NCBI GenBank assembly: GCA_040954595.2
Contig: CM082584.2
Span: forward strand, 13,695,337-13,759,336
From: Balanoglossus misakiensis
Lineage: Eukaryota; Animalia; Hemichordata
Reading direction: 5' to 3'
Length of the DNA: 64,000 nucleotides
Of this stretch, positions 1 through 12,000 are shown one piece after another (position 1 is the stretch's first letter; each line of letters begins with the position of its first letter). The translations under genes and the position numbers were made by a program. The notes under the pieces were generated by a model. It saw nothing but the letters and a program-made list of their open reading frames with translations. It was not told where the DNA came from and did no database searches.

Positions 1-59
1 CGCTCCAAGACGTTGTTCAAACGGCCGCTGATGACCCGCACCGAACACACATTGCGTTG

Positions 60-85
60 ATGAATTTGCCGAGGAAAATTTACAG
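60..85 (+). CDS. CD225 gene, putative exon 1 (MNLPRKIY); may be 5' UTR if ATG1190 is used
   Basis: ATG at 60, donor AG|gtaat at 85/86, phase 2 matches the next exon. Confidence 0.5.
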
Positions 86-2303
86 GTAATGTTCCGAAAT
101 ATTGCTTGTGTACGTGTGTATGCGAGCTTGGTAGCTGTTGAATTCCTACGGCGTGATTTTTCAAAGAACATTGCTATTTCAGTTTTTTTTAATACGTGTA
201 GATTTCAACGTGTGTTGCGTGTCGTACTACGACGTTTCGAATCGATAATCAGGTCATGTCCCTGAAACATATAATTTATAAACAGATGCAGTGTTGAGGA
301 CAGTGCGTGCTCAACATATCAATGAAATACCTCTGACAACTGTGGTAGTTGTCTGGTGAAATACTATTCATGATTTATGTTTTCTTTAAAGCTACAATAA
401 AGTTCGATTACACTTTGATCTTACATCCGTAAGATTTCCGAACATGCGGGCGGCGGTTGCTCCACTACGCTACGTACATGTACGTAGGCCTTGCCGCCGA
501 AAGTAATTTGAATATATCCTCTTTACAATGCAGATCTGACTGACTGAAGCAACGCAAACGAATAGTCGATTAAATAACGTATCAGGGTTTTCTTGATTTC
601 GGATTTAGACTGAAACAAGTGACTGTGGAAAATTACTTTCACAGAATATTTGTACCATGTCTGGCACAGAAGTCACAAAATGTGATGAATATCATTGCAT
701 TGCGATTTACCATTATAATTTATATGAATATTGAAACTATGTCATGGCATTGACGGTGGTGGCGATGGGCAGGCCAATAACTTTGCAGCTGGGCTGCTCA
801 TTCACTGGCACAGTGGGTCACCACGAAACAAATACTGCTACCGGACTCAAAAAATATTTTAAATCTAGGTTATGGATATTCAGCTCTTGCTTTGATTTAG
901 ACCAGTTTGATTTAGGGCTTTGATTTTGGCGATGGAACAGATAGAGAGAGACGGAATTCGTACCAGATCAACTTCAGACTAAAATCATCTTCCAGAAATA
1001 AAGAACGTCCCACGACGAACGATGATTAGAATCACTTTGTAAACAGACATAAACGTTCATCATTTCATAATGATGTCCGCAAATTTCGCGCTTCTTTCAA
1101 CTCTCTTTCTTATTATATTTCTTGCCAGATTTCATCTCACCAAACCCACCAATCTGCAATCAGATCATACATCGAACCCTGAATATATCATGTCGGAGGA
1201 ACAGGGCCCGAGCCAGGAGAAGGGGGTGCGTGTCATCCACATTGTTACAGTTTAATTTGTAGCTTCTTCACACCCGCAAAATCAACCAGAGCACATTTTC
1301 TTCCTTTTTAAACACCAAACTCTCCTTTTTTCTTTTTCTTTTTTTAGGAAATTACTTCAAATTTATTTATTTTTCTTTTATCGACAGGCTTTCAACGAGA
1401 GCGCTGATCAAGGGCCCGATGACAGCTTCAGAGAATTAGTAATATCGGTAATTTTGAAGTCTATTTGAAAGGAGCAAAGTTACTAAACTGTCGTTTTGGA
1501 GTTTCACTCGAGTATTTACATGTATTTTTCTTTGCAAACCGAGATTCTGGACCTTTGGCCGCTGCTACAACGAATGGACATAGCAGGTGAAAACTGATTC
1601 CGTTATCGAGCAAAAAGGGTATCATGGAATCAATTTGTTCCTGAAAGAAGATTGAGTCACGTAAGCGATTGTACAGCTCTGTATGTAACCAATATTTCTC
1701 TAGATACTGACAACTTCCTGCGTTCTCTCGACAGGACCCCGGTGCCAAGGAAACAGCCATTGACATAGAAGTCATCGATGACGTCGGGTCCCTGAAAGAT
1801 GGCGCCGAAGACTGCCTTCAGTACTCCGTTTTTGCCGCATTTTGCTGTTGCTTTCTCTGTGGAATCCCAGCTGTGCGTTACTCACGACAGGTACTAAAAC
1901 GCTCCAAGTTTACAACTGTGAATAGAGCTAGAGCCGGCCAATTTCCTTATAAATATAATGTGTGAACGTTTTTATATAATTATGATAATTATATGTCATT
2001 TAAAAAATATTAATAGTATACCCTTTGTTACAAATTTTACTCGTTTTATGATGCAATGTCCCCAAAATAGTAGCCGCATTTGATGATCTGAGAAAAACTT
2101 GTTAAAACAAACGACGTTTTCATTTTTTTCTGTTCTGATTTCCTCTACAGGTACGGCAGGCCAAACAGAGAGGGGACATGGTTACAGCCAGGCGGGCATC
2201 TCAATATTCCAAACGAATGACAGCCGCCGCCATCGTGTGTGGCATGGTGATCTGGTACACCGTCATGTTCTACGTCATATTTTCAAACTTCAAGTTTAAA
2301 TAA
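60..2303 (+). CDS. CD225/dispanin family (IFITM/PRRT1/TMEM233-like) membrane protein, 5 coding exons: join(60..85,1129..1225,1388..1447,1735..1890,2151..2303), about 163 aa
   Basis: Spliced translation ends ...AEDCLQYSVFAAFCCCFLCGIPAVRYSRQ|VRQAKQRGDMVTARRASQYSKRMTAAAIVCGMVIWYTVMFYVIFSNFKFK*, which is the CD225 pattern (D-x-L-x-x-S, CC, G-I-x-A, YS, GD, A-R-R-A-S, C-terminal TM). All introns are GT-AG with matching phases. The start (ATG60 vs ATG1190) and the exon-3 donor (1447 vs 1438) are uncertain. Confidence 0.88.
1129..1225 (+). CDS. CD225 gene exon 2 (..IMSEEQGPSQEKG)
   Basis: Pyrimidine tract plus ccag acceptor, donor GGG|gtgcgt, open frame. Confidence 0.7.
1388..1447 (+). CDS. CD225 gene exon 3 (AFNESADQGPDDSFRELVIS)
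   Basis: Acceptor tttatcgacag, donor TCG|gtaatt; the only open frame is phase 0-0. Confidence 0.7.
1735..1890 (+). CDS. CD225 gene exon 4, N-half of CD225 domain
   Basis: DCLQYSVFAAFCCCFLCGIPAVRYSRQ; ag/gt boundaries. Confidence 0.9.
2151..2303 (+). CDS. CD225 gene exon 5, C-half of CD225 domain plus TM, stop TAA
   Basis: VRQAKQRGDMVTARRASQYSKRMTAAAIVCGMVIWYTVMFYVIFSNFKFK*. Confidence 0.9.
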   Translation, partial: VRQAKQRGDMVTARRASQYSKRMTAAAIVCGMVIWYTVMFYVIFSNFKFK

Positions 2304-3157
2304 TCTAAAAGTAGTTCATGTATTGTTTTGCCGACATTTCATATAGCCGTTAGACCGCATTACCTTAGAGATAGTTGGTCAACGTAGAAGGAAACTACAC
2401 TGCACTGTGTCAGGGAGTGGCAATGGATCACGTGAATCGTATGATGTGGGAAAACACTTCCTCGTTCTTTCTCTTCTTGATACCTTACATGTAAATGTGT
2501 GACCGGGATGTGTGACTTCCTTCTCATTTCTGCGTCTTCGCGGGGGAAAACCCGGCCGGGGAATGTGTTGATTTGGGAGAATATCTCATGTAAAGACAAA
2601 GTTGAAGTTATGATAGCTGAAAACGTCTTTTCACAGACGGGTATCAAGAGGCAAGAAACATTTCCGGCTTTGTGTATACAAAAATGTACTTATCTGTCAT
2701 TCCAGAAAATACTGATCGAGAAATTATGTTCGTGGTATGAGTCTAGAAAATGCACAGCACGTCCTGGCAGGATATGTTTCAACAACTGAACACGAAATGC
2801 TATTATCACAGGAATATTCCGATGTGGTTTGCTTGTAGGACTAGCAGAGAGTCACCTGTTTCAAATTCAGACATGGGAACAGTCAAGTACATTCGTTTTG
2901 GAAACTGCTTGTTGATGTTTTGTCCAAGAAAAGAGTGGTATATCAAAGTGATATTTATATAAGTAATATAAGATGTTAAAAATAGTTGAAAACGTGTGAT
3001 AAAGGAAATAGTTTAAACTCCGATATTTGTTGTCATTTGATGTGTTAAGCTCTTACGTATATCATCATCGCTTTACCTTTACTTTTAAGTTGCCTGCGCA
3101 GTAGTTCGTTCTAAACACTGTGATATTTGTCTTAATTCAATGTGTCAGATAAATTGT

Positions 3158-3163
3158 AATAAA
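3158..3163 (+). terminator. Candidate polyadenylation signal of the CD225 gene
   Basis: AATAAA about 850 nt after the stop codon. Confidence 0.35.
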
Positions 3164-3754
3164 AGGTTACAGAAAACGATTCGAGTGATGACCGGTCCTG
3201 AGGAATAGCAAGGTCAATATATTTTAACCAGCGATTCTTCTAAGTCCCTTTTTAGACTCCTTAAATTGAGGGTTTTGTTACATGTACAAGTCCGCCCATC
3301 CATGTCTGTCTACGTACTTTTGTGTGTGTCAACGATATCAAGAACGGCTGCTCGGTTTGATCTGAAATTTAGTGCACAAGAACAGTTATAAATTGTTTGG
3401 ACTTATTTGGATTTTGGTGTATGTAGATTGCACGATAATAAAGTTATCAACAAGGAAAAATTTGATGATACCCCGGGCGTTGAACTTCACGCGATGTTTA
3501 GACCACAAAAGAAAATGGTTGTATTGCACGCATGTGGGGGCGCTGTTCGTCACAATGCTCGGCTTTTAACACTGTTCAAGCATGCATGCGCTCTGTTGCC
3601 ATCGTCCGATCGTCGTGAACCACAGGCCCTTTACTGCTGCTTAAACTCTGAAATTGGCCGATCGATGGATAGCACACTTAAAATTGACTAGTATTAGAGG
3701 AATAGCATATATCTGGGAGGTTTTATTTTTTTGAAACGATGTAAATGTCAGTAC

Positions 3755-3809
3755 ATTGTACCATGGACGTAAAAAAAGAGTTATCTCTTTTTTACGTCCA
3801 TGATTGTAC
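3755..3809. mobile_element. 41-bp palindromic insertion with 7-bp TSD (P-element-like footprint or micro-MITE)
   Basis: ATTGTAC|CATGGACGTAAAAAAAGAG-TTAT-CTCTTTTTTACGTCCATG|ATTGTAC. Confidence 0.75.
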
Positions 3810-4158
3810 ATACCGAAACATTCAAATTCAATACTGTAGAATTAACGTGAAATGTTTGTATTGGTGCCAATTGGGATTTAGCTACAAATGTATATAAGAT
3901 ATTTTGTGCAATAGAATAAGATGTAACATTGCACATAAGCGATGTGCTCAAAAAGTTCGATTTGCACTAGGTTTACCCGGGAGCTTTTATTAACCGCCCA
4001 AAGGCCATAGGCTTCCTGAAAAGGTCAGAAGACTAGTCAAGGTCTTATTTCGTCGAAGCGCAAAATTGTGCGCCAGTTCCGTTTGACTAAAGATGCAGAC
4101 CGTGGATGGATGCACTTCGACATTAATTTTGTTATGGGACACATACAGGGGCAGACAT

Positions 4159-4232
4159 TCCTGTGTGGTGTAATGGATTGAGAGGAGGTTTACGATACGT
4201 GCGGTGCTTGGTTCGATCCCGGGCGTGTTTTT
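4159..4232 (+). pseudogene. Degenerate tRNA-like sequence or tRNA-derived SINE head
   Basis: A box TGGTGTAATGG (4166-4176), B box GGTTCGATCC (4210-4219) in a T-arm CTTGG/CCGGG, followed by TTTTT. Acceptor and anticodon stems do not pair. Confidence 0.45.
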
Positions 4233-4451
4233 CCACTCAAACTTGAAGTGAAAAAACTTCCTAATGTTTTGAAGCTGCAAACATTTATTACAACTTTTGA
4301 TTTGAAAGCACACAAAAATGACCATGTTTTAATATCAAATGCATGATGTGGCGATGCGTTTCCCATGGAGCTTTGCGCCACTGAAAAGTTCTGATCACGT
4401 GGTCTCATGCAAACTATCCAAAACAAGACCAAGGCGTTGATGCCAGCAGAC

Positions 4452-4512
4452 ATGGGAACGTCCGTGGTATATGTGACATTGTGGTCGATAGTTGTTCTGG
4501 CGTCTCCGGTCG
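4452..4512 (+). CDS. RPTP exon 1, signal peptide [20 protein letters not shown](DA)
   Basis: Hydrophobic leader; donor G|gtaagt phase 1 matches exon 2; in-frame ATGs also at 4407 and 4440. Confidence 0.85.
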
Positions 4513-6017
4513 GTAAGTGAGCAAATTCAATTTCCATGGGAACGGCCGATAGTTCTCTTGTTGTTCATATTTAGAATGAGGGCCAAGGAAGACCCGAAAT
4601 CCATGTCAATTAAAATGTCACCCGTACTAGTTTAAAGATGTATTTTCTGTGATTTACTTCCGCGTTGCACTTACTATGCATAGTATATAGTTTTGGTCGA
4701 CAGACTCCCTAGTGACCTCTACCTATTTGAAAACAGCGCAGAATTTTCTGTAACAAATCGAACAATTCGGACTGCCTCTAAGGCAAAAAAAAAAAGAGTT
4801 TTGTTTAGCGTCCTCGCGCGCGTCACTTTTAAACATGCGCGTCGAGGCTTTTTTTTCGTAATTTTCGAACCCGGAAATCAACTAATCAGTGTTTTCTCCA
4901 GGATGCGCGATCGCGCGATTCCCCCTCTTTTACACTTGAAGCGCCCCTTGTAACAAGTTCAGAGGGCGACAATCGCCCCTTCGTGAGCAGCCCACCCGGC
5001 CAGTACATGCGCGTCCAAGCCTCCATAGCATGCACCGTCAGTCAAAGCACTGGGAAAACGGCCGATATCACTGCGTGCTGGCCTATACATTTTAACTTCC
5101 CACTCCCCAAAACTATGTTGTAGATGACTTTCACATTCATTCACGTGTAATTTAGCTCCAGGGCTATAGTGTGCAATTGTTGGAACAGCCTATCTGGATA
5201 CTGTCTAAATTTAGAGCACACACTCTGCACTCAAGTGAACTTGTTGTTATGGCGACTTTTGAAATTGGGTTGGCAGAACGTAACAATTTTATGCAAATTA
5301 AAGAAACTGCGTTCCTGCCATGGCGATTATCAAGAATGTATCAGTTTTCCATGACCTTGTTTTCTTACTTAGGAAGGAAAGTCATTCAATATGTACAGAG
5401 ACTGTTTATTTGAGTAGTGTGCCTAGCCACAGATGGGGAAGTGTAGGCAGAAATCTGAAGAAATATATACCACTTCAATTTATTTAACTATTAATGGTTT
5501 CACAATCTAATATTTTGGCAGCTAAACTGAAACTTTTAAAATCAAACAAGAAATTTTTTTCTCAGGTATAGTATTAAAGAAAGACACTATTGTTTTTGCA
5601 GTTGCATTTATTTTATTAATTTCACTCTACTTGCCAGGGGAGCAGTTAATCAGTCACTCTCCTACCACTTGTGTAATTAATTTCAGGAGTTATTTTCAGC
5701 TCTCCAGCATTTTTTTAAATTACATGCCCTGAAAGTTATGCAAGCTGGTGTCTTCCTCTGCAAAATCTACTAATTTAAAGTAGAAAAAAACTTTAACTGT
5801 TAATATGTTGTCAAGTTCACATGTAAAATATTGTAATTTACTTATGCTGTTTTTAATATGGAATGAAGGCAGTTAGTAAGTTAACGTTCAAAATTGTCAT
5901 TCCTTGATGTTTACCTAATTAACATAAATTATGCAAATCATGATTCCCCCCTACTTTGACCAAATCCCTCCTTAATTTTGGACTATTAAAGAAATATTTG
6001 CTGTTCTTGTTCCGCAG

Positions 6018-6049
<32 letters not shown>

Positions 6050-9000
6050 AGCCGCGTCACCGCATCAATTTTGAGATTTTGCTTGGACGCTAAACAAAAC
6101 TCTTTTTTTTTTTGGCCTAATGAAATTTTTTTTCAACACTGGATTAAAACATAACGTCGCTACTCGACTTCGGAAAAAAGTCTTCGTCCGAGTCGACCGT
6201 GACATGAGTCATTGAAATGGCGCACCATTTCGCGGCGCTTCCAGTCTGCTTCGGCGAAATAAAGACACACTTCTTCGAACTTGCCTTTCATTTCATTTCC
6301 GTCGCAATAATGAACTTTTCACACAATATGAAAATAAAAAATATCCTTTGGCTTAGTAGCAGACGTTTGGAAACTTTATTTTGCCCATTTTTCAAATTCA
6401 TAAGATCGCTCTTAAAGCGGAAATGAAATAGTTCGTTTTTGTTGTGAGTTGCTTGCCCTATTAGAACATTGTATTTTTAGGTCCCATTGGTATAGGCCTA
6501 TATACCATGGGACCTTATGGGATGGGTTGCATCTGTATGTATGTATGTATGGATGTATGTATGTATGTATGTATGTATGTATGTATGTATGTATGTATGT
6601 ATGTATGTATGTATGTATGTCTGTATGTCCGTCCACATCAAAAACTTGAAAACCGCTGCGCGTATCACCTTGATATTTGGTGTGCAGATGCAGGCAGGGC
6701 TGTAGATGGGAGTTTGTTCAAACGAAGTTGCCAGGCCCAAAAATATGCAAATTAGCCAGTAAAATGTGAAATTTATCAAAACTCTGAAAGTCAACAACTA
6801 CTGGTCAGATTGCTTTAAAAATCGGTATGCATGTACTTTATGTCAACCTCACATCGACCTGTAAGTGTTAAGTTAATATCATGGATGTTTTATTTTTTAT
6901 GAATTTTTTAGTCTTTTTATAACTTTACTTATACCTCTATGGTTAAGCTATCACGTCTTATTGTGGAATTCTGGTCTGTGCAATAGTCCTGTACAGTGAC
7001 TGTCTATTGGTCAGTGAGCACAATGGGGCCAAAATAAAAGGCAAATTTTTGGGCTCACCTGTAACACCTGCTTAACACATTAATTATGTGCATACCTAAT
7101 TCCAGGCTAACCAATAGGGCTATAGGTTTGGTTTTTGTTGAACATGGACCAGTATAAGGTCAAAATTTCTTGCCCAAATTTTGCATGACCTCAGGTGACC
7201 TTTGACCTACTTTATCTCATCTTGGCATCCAGAGCAGGTACAGACTTCGCGTTTGGAGGGTTGGGACTAAAATTGAAAAGCCAAAATTGGGGGTCACCTG
7301 TGACACCTGCATATCTTATTAATTATGTGCATACCTAATTCCAGGCTAACCAATAGGGCTATAGGTTTGGTTTTTGTTGAACATGGACCAGTATAGGGTC
7401 AAAATTTCTTGCCCAAATTTTGCATGACCTCAGGTGACCTTTGACCTACTTTTCCATATCTTGGCATCCAGAGCAGATATGCTTATTGCTATGTTGCTAT
7501 GTGCTATGTCCTCAAATGGGACCACAGTGTCCTTGTCGCTATTTTTTAGTATATTGTCTGGCTGTGGCTGCGGCCAGTTCCAAGTGTCGAAGCTGGGAGT
7601 CGACTGTTCTACCATAGATGTGCGTACTTGTGTGTATGTTGCCAATCCTTCCACCATGGTTGTTGAAAGTGTTTAGATATTCTCAATTTTACAGATAACT
7701 ACTAAACTAGCATAGCATGCAACAAAAAGGTCAGTCTAAGTCCCAGAGCTAAACGATCAAGCAAATTAAAACAACTAAACTGGTTTTGTTGAGAAGTTAA
7801 AGACTGAACACATTATAGAGCTATCCAGAGTAGAACAAGAAACCAGAGTTGATACTTGGGAGAAAAAGGCTAAAAAAAATAACCAGATGTTATGTTTACT
7901 GGGGCTTTAAGCATGTATGATTGGTAAAAAAAATATCGTCATTTCTTTTAATTGTGGATTTTTGATCATAATAAAAATCTGTAATATAGGGGTCACCATG
8001 CTTGTTTTTGAAATAAAGGGCCATGAACTTATTTGATAATTGAAGAAAAAATACTGAGTCAGTTCTTTTTCACCAATGGTTTGTCTATGGGCAAAACATT
8101 TAACAAAGTTTCTCTCAAGATGAGCGCAGTGACCGTACAATTTTATTTTACCAATAAATTTGTTTTTATTTGATTGAGCTGAGTGTAAAATTTCATGAAA
8201 ATGACTATAGTAGAATTGAGTTTTCTTGCAATTCTAAAAAAACCCACATTAGCTAAGAGAGTATTGGCCGGTACCTTTTTTAATTATCTGGAAAACTATC
8301 AATGTTCACGCTAGGATTTTTTTCTTTGTAGCCACACTCCAAGAGTGAGGAAATCAGAAAGGTTTCTGAAACCCTTGTGGTCCAGTGACTGTGCTAAAAG
8401 TAATGGAATTTTGGAGTATATTGTAAAAAGGGAATATTTAATATACAACTTCATGATCAATTCATTTAACCATCCTTTACAGATGCTCGGTTAGATGTCA
8501 CCGTCTTTAATGCCAAAGCATTACCAAGTTTAAGTGGTAGTTATTTCATTGGTGGATACTCAGCTGGTAACCCAAATGTTGTAGGTACAAATTTTGCATT
8601 TGGAAGAATCCTAGATACGGGTACAGGAGCTGCACTCCCTGCAGGCCATTTAATTGCAGACTTTAAAACCTATGCCAAGAAACTCAACTTACCCTCTGGT
8701 GCTGGCAGACCTGGTGTGTACTACTGTGATGCCAATGCTAACACTGGGGAAACTGAGAGACTGATAACAGTACAGGTTGCTGCAACTGGTAAGTTAGCAA
8801 CAAATCTGACCCCTGGGCATCACTATTTGCAATTTTAGTGACTATTTGAATGTTATAAATCACAAATAATGTAGAAACTGAATACTGCAGCTTCATTTTA
8901 TCTTTGTGTTTTCTTTTTAAAATTAAATCTCCTATTTGCAAGATTTTAGTTTCTGAACTGCAAAAACAGAAGCAATACATATCCATTAGGTCATTAAATG

Positions 9001-12000
9001 TTACAGTTTGCTGGTCTATGCTTGTGTGGGTTGATGGGTGGAGGGATGCATGTTTGGATTTGGGACAGAGGGAGGGAGGTAAGGATGGAGGGGTGGATTA
9101 ATTTTTGACGCTAATATTGTTTTATATGAGCATTCATAATTACTGTTTATGGTACATAAAATTATTTCAAATATATACATGTACAGACGATTTGAAGATC
9201 ATTTTCGTTGTAAGCATTTAAATCAAGGCTTGTTTATTAAGGCTGAAGATAATTGTATGTCTCTGCCAGCTGACATCAAACCAGAGAGTCAAACCAAAAC
9301 AGTGAGTTGGGGAGAAGATGTAACATTGACCATGACAACATCCACCATCGCTGAATCATCATTGAAATGGAGACATAATGGAATACAGAAAACAAACTGG
9401 GATGGTCAGAAGAGTATTACAATCTCATTTGCAAAAACCAGTGACGCAGGAATCTATGAATGTTACACAGATGACAACCAACGAAGTCAAGGACTGCATG
9501 GATTTATGAGACTTATTGTCAGAGGTAATGTATGGATTGTAAGATAAACATGTCAATATTTATCATTGGAAATTATCTCAAATTAACGAATACAAATAAG
9601 TAGCACTGCTATAAGTTTATTGAGTAACGTTCGATATAAAATTTGTAAAACAAGGCCATGATGAACACTATATACACTATACATGTATATGGTACATGTT
9701 ACGTTGTTCATCACTAAGCCAACCAAATTGGCATTTTATACTTGTAGCCTCTCAAAGAGTCAGACATCGTATATGAAAAAATAAATAAAAATATAAACAT
9801 GTTATGTGATTATACAATCACAATGTGCTCCAATCTGCACTGTACAGTGTACTGTTTTCAACTTTTCGCCAAGCAAGATGTGGAAAATCAAAGCTTATTG
9901 CTTACTAAGGCTTGTCTCAACCACCATTTGGGCAACTGTTACCTCAATGTGTATGGCGTGAGCCGTAGACACCCACCGTTTGAAAATGTTTCAGTAACTT
10001 TTGATGAAATTTTGTAGGATGAAGATTTTGGTCAGTCCGTCCTGCATGCTATTTAGATTTTTGGATTGAATTGTTGCAAGTGTCATTTTAAGAACTTTGG
10101 TGCCCCTGGGCCCCATGTTGTTTACTGCCTTTTATCTTGTATATTACTCACAAGATGAGTAGCAATGCAAGATGCATTATAGCTGTACAGATATTTAAAT
10201 TAAATTTGAAAATACATAAACCATTATATTCTCAGCATGTCTTTAATTTACCTTGAAATAAAATTACCCTTGAATTTACAACCTGAAAGAAAACCTGAGT
10301 AAATTCATATCCAATTCCCATTATAGATTGTCCAAATGGAAAATGGGGATTACCAGACTGTTTGTCTTCATGTCCAATATGTTACAATGGAGGAATATGC
10401 AACTCTGACACTGGTGAGTGCATATGTCCGCCTGGATTTAAGGGAAGTAACTGTGAAATTGGTGAGTAACATCATCATGTTATTATATTGCAACATACTA
10501 ACTGGCAGTTGTGTAGATGAATTGGAGAATGGAAGAGTTTCACTGCAAGTTGCAAAGCCAACTGTTTCAGCCCTTGTTTACTTGAAAGTGATGAATATTA
10601 GGCCTGGCATTGTGATATTTCTACATGTCCATGTTCGAAAGTATACACTGCATCACTGCATCCTCTCTGGTAAGTGATCAATTGAAAAAGGATCCCAAGA
10701 AGTAACAAGTACTTGATGTACAGTGATTTTGGCTAACAAGTTGTATTACACTTGTGACTTGTGAGAATCCACCACAGCTGGTTGTTGTTGAGGACAAATA
10801 TGGTCATTGTAGGATGACAGCATAGCTGTCTGTGATTTATACAAAATAAAGAGGATGCATGAACACCCCCATTTTCTGTTTTGTTTTCCAAAAGACACAC
10901 GTTCACACTTTAAAATAGCAAAGAATTTAATGGTTTGGAGGACCAGCATTTTTCTGGATTTCTGTCCCTGTGGTTAGGACTATAACCTTATAATAGTCAG
11001 ACAGCTACACATGTAGGTCCCAACATGATAGGTCATGGTCACAAACGTAGAACTGATTTGGAATAGCATAGTTAGGTATCTTACCTCACACCTGGCTCAT
11101 TTGCTTCCACAGAAAGAAAGTTTTACCCGCATGTGTTGAGGCTACAGGTGGGGGAAAAAGGCTCTTTTGACAATGCCCCAATCCTCTTTGAAAACAATTT
11201 TGAGGATACTTGTAATAAAAATATGTGGCATCATCATGTTTATGGAGCCTCATTCTTGAACATAAACCATCTAAATTCTCAAATTCGTGCATTAACACAG
11301 AGTGTGGGATCGATTTGATCCCACACTCTCGATCCCACACTCCCAGCGGCCAGGAGTTTGAGAAATTAAAATGAATGACAGTTCTGTATTTTGAGAACCG
11401 TCTTGTATTGGTATGAAAGGTTAATTTCTTTCTCAAATTTCCTTTATCATGAGTTCTGGTAGTAAAACTACCATGATCGCTGTAAATATTACTACACTTT
11501 TAGTTTACTTGCTTATGATATAAAAGATTTCTTAATTGATTTGTCTTCCAGGCTGTGGTAAGAATAAGTGGGGAATAGAGTGTGGTCGTGGGTGTTCAAG
11601 TAACAATGATGATGCATGTCGCAGCGTTATGTTGTGCATAGCTGATCCCTATGGGTGTTCATGTGGTGCATCATATGGAGGACTAGACTGTGCAACGGGT
11701 AAGTAATATGTTATGACCTTCCGTAGATCTGTAGTTCAGAGGGATGCATTGATTGGGCTCTAAATGTCAATTTCTTTTTCAATACAATCCAAAATGGCTA
11801 CCTTCGGATGGCTCTTTTTTGGCTCACATGTTAACACAAGCGTTAAGTTCCAATGGCATCAACTTGAAATTAAATTTTTTTCAATCAAAATCTCTTTCAT
11901 AGAAGGATTTTCAAATGTTGTCTATTAATTGTGTTAGTTCAAGCTCCATGCAAGGTAGTGTACATTTGCTACAGGTACACTGGTACGCTTAATCTTCCCC

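Larger units (their letters stand above)
6479..7541 (+). mobile_element. Helentron-associated non-autonomous element (HINE/DINE-1-like)
   Basis: T-run then AGGTCCCATT..ATGGGACCT 5' hairpin, (ATGT)n microsatellite, internal 239-bp tandem units, 3' subterminal repeat AATGGGACC (7515-7523) with a degenerate stem-loop and T-run. Confidence 0.65.

Noticed and set aside
1544-1586. Possible extra CD225 exon (ag..gt bounded)
   Set aside because: 43 nt would shift the frame relative to the CD225 exon
6412-6797. Overlapping HTYI/CMYV-repeat ORFs
   Set aside because: Translations of the (ATGT)n microsatellite inside a repeat element
7051-7476. Repeat-spacer-like pattern (CRISPR?)
   Set aside because: Only two long units, in eukaryotic intronic DNA with no cas genes; a simple tandem duplication
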